The notes under the pieces were generated by a model that did not search any database, was not told where the DNA came from, and saw only the letters and a program-made list of their open reading frames with translations. Below are positions 59,854 to 64,000 of a stretch of DNA of 64,000 nt, piece by piece (the stretch's first letter is position 1; the number at the start of each line of letters is the position of its first letter). The position numbers and the translations under genes were made by a program. Source of the stretch: Candidatus Omnitrophota bacterium (GTDB lineage: Bacteria; Omnitrophota; Gorgyraeia; Gygaellales; Profunditerraquicolaceae); the NCBI GenBank assembly GCA_016867115.1, contig VGKG01000002.1:6449-70448 (forward strand), read 5' to 3'.

Positions 59854-60162
59854 ATGGCAGAAGAAAAGCTTTTGACGGTAAGGGACGTTTCCATCCTGTT
59901 GGGAGTTTCTGAGAAGGAAGTGGTCGACCTGGCTGAGACCGGCAAGATCCCCGCCTATAAAGTAGGCGGCGTATTCCTGCGTTTTAAAAAGGACCATATC
60001 CTGGAATATCAGAAGTCGGTTACGCCTTATGCGGCAAAGCCCGAAGAGGAAAAAGAGTCCCCGGGCGTAAGGTTAAGCGACTTCTTTTATTTTAACGACT
60101 TTTACATACTGGCTATCCTGATCATCGCCCTCCTTTTGGTGGTTATTTTCAGAGGTTATTAA
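59854..60162 (+). CDS. Excisionase-family HTH (HTH_17) protein with a C-terminal transmembrane anchor
   Basis: …LLTVRDVSILLGVSEKEVVDLAETGKIPAYKVGGVFLRFKKDHILEY…, then the hydrophobic tail FYILAILIIALLLVVIF. Confidence 0.6.
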   Translation: MAEEKLLTVRDVSILLGVSEKEVVDLAETGKIPAYKVGGVFLRFKKDHILEYQKSVTPYAAKPEEEKESPGVRLSDFFYFNDFYILAILIIALLLVVIFRGY

Positions 60163-60169
60163 CCCGCTT

Positions 60170-60847
60170 ATGTCTCCAAAATCCGGATATTGCGACTTAG
60201 GCTTTGCCAAGCTTGATACGGACAGAAAGAAGCGCAGGGGGTATCCTGAAGCGGTCTATTGTCCGGGCAAGGATTTGGACTACCTTGAGCGCATCGCCGG
60301 ACAATTCATCAAACACCGGCAGGACCTGCTGCTTACGAAACTGGATAAAGAGGTTTACGCCTGCCTTAAGGGGAAGTTTCCTCTGCTCGGTTACGACCCG
60401 CGCGCGAGATTAGGATTTATCCTGAAGGACAAGGCCAAGACGAAAAAAGGCATGGTCCTGGTGGTCAGCGCCGGGACTTCGGATATTCCCGTAGCCGAAG
60501 AAGCAAGCCTGACCCTTGAGGCCATGGGGAGCCGGGTGAAAAGGCTCTATGATGTGGGGGTAGCCGGGGTGCACCGCCTGATGCAGAACCTGCCTCTTTT
60601 AAGAAAAGCAAAGGTGATCATTGTGGTTGCCGGAATGGAAGGCGCGCTGGCCAGCCTTGTGAGCGGCCTGGTGAAAGCGCCGGTGATCTCAGTCCCCACC
60701 AGTTGCGGCTATGGCGCAAACTTCGAAGGCCTGGCTGCGTTATTGACCATGCTCAACGGCTGTTCGCCGGGAGTAGGCGTTGTGAATATTGACAACGGTT
60801 TCGGGGCTGGATACCTGGCGGCGATCATTAATAATAGTAGGCAGTAG
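60170..60847 (+). CDS. larB: LarB-like PurE-fold protein (nickel-pincer cofactor biosynthesis carboxylase/hydrolase family, COG1691)
   Basis: The N-terminal …LDTDRKKRRGYPEAVYCPGK… extension is typical of LarB, followed by a PurE-like fold (…VVSAGTSDIP…IIVVAGMEGALASLVSG…PVISVPTS…). Confidence 0.65.
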   Translation: MSPKSGYCDLGFAKLDTDRKKRRGYPEAVYCPGKDLDYLERIAGQFIKHRQDLLLTKLDKEVYACLKGKFPLLGYDPRARLGFILKDKAKTKKGMVLVVSAGTSDIPVAEEASLTLEAMGSRVKRLYDVGVAGVHRLMQNLPLLRKAKVIIVVAGMEGALASLVSGLVKAPVISVPTSCGYGANFEGLAALLTMLNGCSPGVGVVNIDNGFGAGYLAAIINNSRQ

Positions 60848-60866
60848 GCTGTATGCAGGATGCAGG

Positions 60867-61286
60867 ATGAAGGAAAAAATAACGCTGAAAGAGGCGGTGA
60901 GGTTTCATGGGCATCTGGGGCCTTATCTGGTCCTCGGATTGCTGGCCGGCGAGGCCGCCTTAAAAAGGCTTAATTGCAGGAAGTTTTTCGGTCTGGAAGT
61001 CAAGGTGCGGGGCGCAGGCGAAAAGCCCAGGTCTTGTCTGGTCGACGGCCTGCAATTATCTACGGGAGCGACATACGGTAAAGGCAACATCGAAAAGTTA
61101 GACGGCAAAAAGATAAGCATCGCCTTTAGGAACAGGGATAATAACAAACGCCTCAAGATCAGCCTTAAGGAGGAGCTGGCCCGGAAACTCGAAGGCCTGA
61201 AAGGCCACCGCGACAGCGAAGCGTTTGCAGGCGCACTCTATAGGGCCAAACCTCAAAAGATCTTCAACTTCACAACAGGCGGGTAA
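60867..61286 (+). CDS. FmdE-family protein (formylmethanofuran dehydrogenase subunit E-like domain)
   Basis: …VRFHGHLGPYLVLG… and …SCLVDGLQLSTGATYGKGNI… match the FmdE family core. Start at ATG 60867. Confidence 0.65.
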   Translation: MKEKITLKEAVRFHGHLGPYLVLGLLAGEAALKRLNCRKFFGLEVKVRGAGEKPRSCLVDGLQLSTGATYGKGNIEKLDGKKISIAFRNRDNNKRLKISLKEELARKLEGLKGHRDSEAFAGALYRAKPQKIFNFTTGG

Positions 61287-61288
61287 AA

Positions 61289-62617
61289 ATGGCACTCTCA
61301 GGGTTGGATATTTACAAACTGCTGGCTAAAACAAATTGTCGGGAATGCGGATTTGCTACGTGCCTGGCTTTTGCCATGGCGCTGGCCAAGAAGGCGGCAG
61401 GCATAGAGAAGTGCCCCTATATAAACGAGGAGGCAAAGCGGATGCTTGAGGCCTCGGCTCAGCCGCCCATTAAGCTGCTGTGTATTGGCGGGGGAGAAAA
61501 GAGTTTTGAGATCGGAAATGAGTCGGTAATGTTCAGGCACGAGGAGAAGTTTCACCGCCCTTGCGGCATCGGGTTTATTCTCGATGACGGCCTTAGCGAC
61601 GCGCAAATTAAAGAGAGGCTTCGGAAGATCAATAAATCGAGATTTGAGCGCGTAGGCCAGATGCTTGAGGTGAATCTGGTAGCGGTCCGCCAGAATAAGT
61701 CCGGCCAGAGATTCTGTGACGCTGTGAAGCTCGTAGCGGAGAATACGGACCTGGCGCTAGTGCTGATGAGCCGCGACCCGGCTGCGCTAAAGCCTGCCCT
61801 TGAGTTGCTTAAGGCCAGAAGGCCGGTCATTTACCCTGCTGTGAAAGATAACCTGCAGGAGTTTGCGCTTCTGGCAAAGGAGTACGGGGCAATCCTGGTA
61901 ATAACCTGTCCCGATCTTGAAGGCCTCTCGGCAGCGGCGGCACAGTTAAATAAGGAGGGCTTAAGCGATATTCTTCTTGATACCGGGAAAAAAGAGCTCT
62001 CCGATAAGATCTGGGACCTGACGCAACTGCGCAGGCTCCCCTTGAAAAGGTCGAACCGCAGCCTCGGATATCCTGTCCTGGCCGTAGCCGAAGAGGATGA
62101 TCCCTACGAAGAGGCGTTAGAGGCAGTTACCTATATAGGCAAATACGCCGGCATCGTCCTGATCAGGGGGATAGAAAGCTGGGAAGTCCTTTCGCTGCTG
62201 ACCCTGAGGCAGAACATCTATACTGACCCGCAGAAGCCCCTGCAGATCGAGCCGAAGCTTTATTCCATCGGACAGGTGGATGATAAGTCGCCGGTGCTGG
62301 TCACTACCAACTTTTCGCTTACCTATTACACGGTGCTGGGCGAAGTCGAGGCAAGCAAGGTCCCTTCCTATATTATGAGCGTGGATACCGAGGGCATGTC
62401 CGTATTGACCGCCTGGGCAGCGGAAAAGTTCACTCCCGAAAAGATCACTGCCACCGTCAATAAATACGGGGTCAGGCAGATGGTCAGGCATAACCGCCTT
62501 ATCATCCCGGGTTACGTTGCGGTGATGAGCGGGGAGCTGGAGGAGAGCTCCGGCTGCAAGGTCGTGGTGGGGCCGAAGGAAGCGGCCGGATTGCCTTCGT
62601 TCCTGAAAAATCTATAA
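61289..62617 (+). CDS. acsC: Corrinoid iron-sulfur protein large subunit (acetyl-CoA synthase/decarbonylase gamma subunit, AcsC/CdhE)
   Basis: N-terminal [4Fe-4S] motif CRECGFATCLAFAMALA…CPY. The C-terminal …LYTDPQKP…TTNFSLTYYTVLGEVEASKVPSYIMSVDTEGMSVLTAWAAEKF… matches AcsC closely. Confidence 0.85.
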   Translation: MALSGLDIYKLLAKTNCRECGFATCLAFAMALAKKAAGIEKCPYINEEAKRMLEASAQPPIKLLCIGGGEKSFEIGNESVMFRHEEKFHRPCGIGFILDDGLSDAQIKERLRKINKSRFERVGQMLEVNLVAVRQNKSGQRFCDAVKLVAENTDLALVLMSRDPAALKPALELLKARRPVIYPAVKDNLQEFALLAKEYGAILVITCPDLEGLSAAAAQLNKEGLSDILLDTGKKELSDKIWDLTQLRRLPLKRSNRSLGYPVLAVAEEDDPYEEALEAVTYIGKYAGIVLIRGIESWEVLSLLTLRQNIYTDPQKPLQIEPKLYSIGQVDDKSPVLVTTNFSLTYYTVLGEVEASKVPSYIMSVDTEGMSVLTAWAAEKFTPEKITATVNKYGVRQMVRHNRLIIPGYVAVMSGELEESSGCKVVVGPKEAAGLPSFLKNL

Positions 62618-64000
62618 TGCAAAATTTCAAAGTCTCCTTTTATCCGGATAAAAAAAGCGTGGAAGTGCCCCAGGATACTACCATATTATCCGCGGCGATC
62701 CAGGCAGGGCTGCAGATCAATTCTGCCTGCGGAGGGGACGGCGTCTGCGGAAAGTGCAGGGTGCTCCTGCGTAAAGGAAAGGCCCTGGTCCAGCCTACCG
62801 GCACGTTAAGCGAAATAGAAAAACAAAAAGGCTTTATCCTCAGCTGCACCTCTGCTGTGCAGGGAGACCTTGAGGTAGAGGTCCCCGTTGAATCCCGCCT
62901 TGACTTCACCAGGTCCGGGCCGCGCTACTTCAGCTCGCCCGAAGAATCCGAGCCTGCCGAGGCGCTGGTCAGCGACGAGTTTTTCGAATATTCTCCGCTG
63001 ACAGAAAAGATATACCTGGAATTGCCCCGGCCCACTATAGAAGATAACGCCAGCGACCTGGAGAGGCTCTACCGCCAGGTCCGTTTATGCAAAAATACGC
63101 CCATTTTACAGACCAGCCTCTATAACCTAAAGCAATTGGGCGAGATGTTGCGGGACGCAGACTGGAAAATAACCGTGACCCTGGCCCGCAGGAACGACAG
63201 CCTTGAGGTACTTTTTATCGAGCCCGGAGACCTTTCGCGGAAGAATCACGGCCTTGCCTTTGATATAGGGACAACTACGATATCCGGGGAGCTGGTGGAT
63301 CTGAAGACGAAAAAGATCCTGGCCACTAAAACCGCTTACAACAGGCAGGCGACATTCGGCAGCGACGTGATCGCGCGCATCATCCATGCCCAAAAGGAGA
63401 GCGGCCTTGAAGAATTACACGAGGCTCTGACCGATACCATGAACGAGATAATCGCGGAGCTTGCCTCAGAGCATAATATAAGCCTGAATGAGGTAACCTG
63501 TGTCCTTTGTGCCGGCAACACCACCATGATCCATCTGCTGCTGAGTATCGATCCGACCCATATCCGCAAGGTCCCCTATATCCCGACGGCCAATTCGGTA
63601 CCGACGATCCGCGCGACAGAGGCGGATATCCATATCCACCCGCGCGGGCTGCTGGCCTGCGCGCCGGGAGTAGCCAGTTATGTGGGAGGGGATATAACCT
63701 CGGGGATCCTTTCAAGCGGCCTTTATAAGGAGGATTCCCTGAGCATCCTCATCGATATCGGCACTAACGGCGAGATCGCCCTCGGAAACAGGGATTTCAT
63801 CGTCTCCTGCGCCGCATCCGCAGGCCCTGCCTTTGAAGGAAGCGGCCTGACCTGCGGCATGCGCGCAAGCGGCGGCGCGATCCAGAAGGTCAGGATTGAT
63901 CCTGCAGGCGACAGAGTGGATTACGATGTGATTGCAGGCACGCCTCCCGTGGGGATCTGCGGGTCAGGGTATATCGATATCCTTGCCCAGATGCTGAAGG
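62617..64000 (+). CDS. Reductive activator of the corrinoid iron-sulfur protein (RACo): [2Fe-2S] ferredoxin plus ASKHA ATPase; 3' end outside the window
   Basis: Not in the ORF track because it runs past the window end. ATG 62617 (TAATG overlap with acsC); plant-type ferredoxin motif CGGDGVCGKC; ASKHA motifs DIGTTTI and DIGTNGEIALG. Its position after acsC matches known acs clusters. Confidence 0.75.
   Translation, partial: MQNFKVSFYPDKKSVEVPQDTTILSAAIQAGLQINSACGGDGVCGKCRVLLRKGKALVQPTGTLSEIEKQKGFILSCTSAVQGDLEVEVPVESRLDFTRSGPRYFSSPEESEPAEALVSDEFFEYSPLTEKIYLELPRPTIEDNASDLERLYRQVRLCKNTPILQTSLYNLKQLGEMLRDADWKITVTLARRNDSLEVLFIEPGDLSRKNHGLAFDIGTTTISGELVDLKTKKILATKTAYNRQATFGSDVIARIIHAQKESGLEELHEALTDTMNEIIAELASEHNISLNEVTCVLCAGNTTMIHLLLSIDPTHIRKVPYIPTANSVPTIRATEADIHIHPRGLLACAPGVASYVGGDITSGILSSGLYKEDSLSILIDIGTNGEIALGNRDFIVSCAASAGPAFEGSGLTCGMRASGGAIQKVRIDPAGDRVDYDVIAGTPPVGICGSGYIDILAQMLK

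Noticed and set aside
1-64000. CRISPR arrays, transposases, integrases, toxin-antitoxin pairs
   Set aside because: No regularly spaced direct repeats, no DDE/tyrosine-recombinase-like ORFs and no small paired ORFs were seen on either strand. The only repeat families are the leader elements and short palindromes described above.

Overview
Bacterial chromosomal segment, about 52% GC, with Gram-negative traits (LptD, LPS sugar-nucleotide genes). All recognisable genes but one lie on the + strand.

Most of the window is housekeeping:
- miaA-hflX, then a heat-shock regulon: an HspR-like regulator and CIRCE upstream of clpB, and a second CIRCE before hrcA-grpE-dnaK-dnaJ.
- accD; dnaG-rpoD; yebC-ruvC-ruvA; scpB.
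- An aromatic amino-acid block: pheA, hisC-like aminotransferase, DAHP synthase, tyrA.
- cmk-lepA-lepB, pgsA-plsY, gatCAB, ctpA, tsaD.
- Two tRNAs and the RNase P RNA (rnpB).

The less ordinary content, none of it a confirmed novel system:
- A three-copy structured leader element (two tandem copies before accD, one before pgsA-plsY). Its 3' hairpin shows compensatory base changes. It also encodes a short upstream ORF whose stop codon overlaps the start codon of the lipid-synthesis gene downstream.
- A c-di-GMP module: two tandem GGDEF proteins, plus a PAS-GGDEF-HD-GYP protein translationally coupled to a secreted FDE-repeat protein and a chagasin-family protease inhibitor.
- A tRNA-Met whose 3' 32 bp are duplicated 170 bp downstream, like the scar of an integration site.
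- An rnhA ORF that reads about 120 nt into rnpB.
- A 958-aa TPR plus beta-barrel outer-membrane protein, convergent with the only minus-strand gene, a 1073-aa GH94/GH149-like phosphorylase candidate.
- A bactofilin fused to an excisionase-type HTH, followed by a membrane-anchored HTH protein.
- At the window end, an orphan larB and an fmdE-like gene directly upstream of the Wood-Ljungdahl genes acsC and RACo (partial).

No CRISPR array, transposase or integrase was seen. Family assignments rest on motif recognition by eye; no database search was run.
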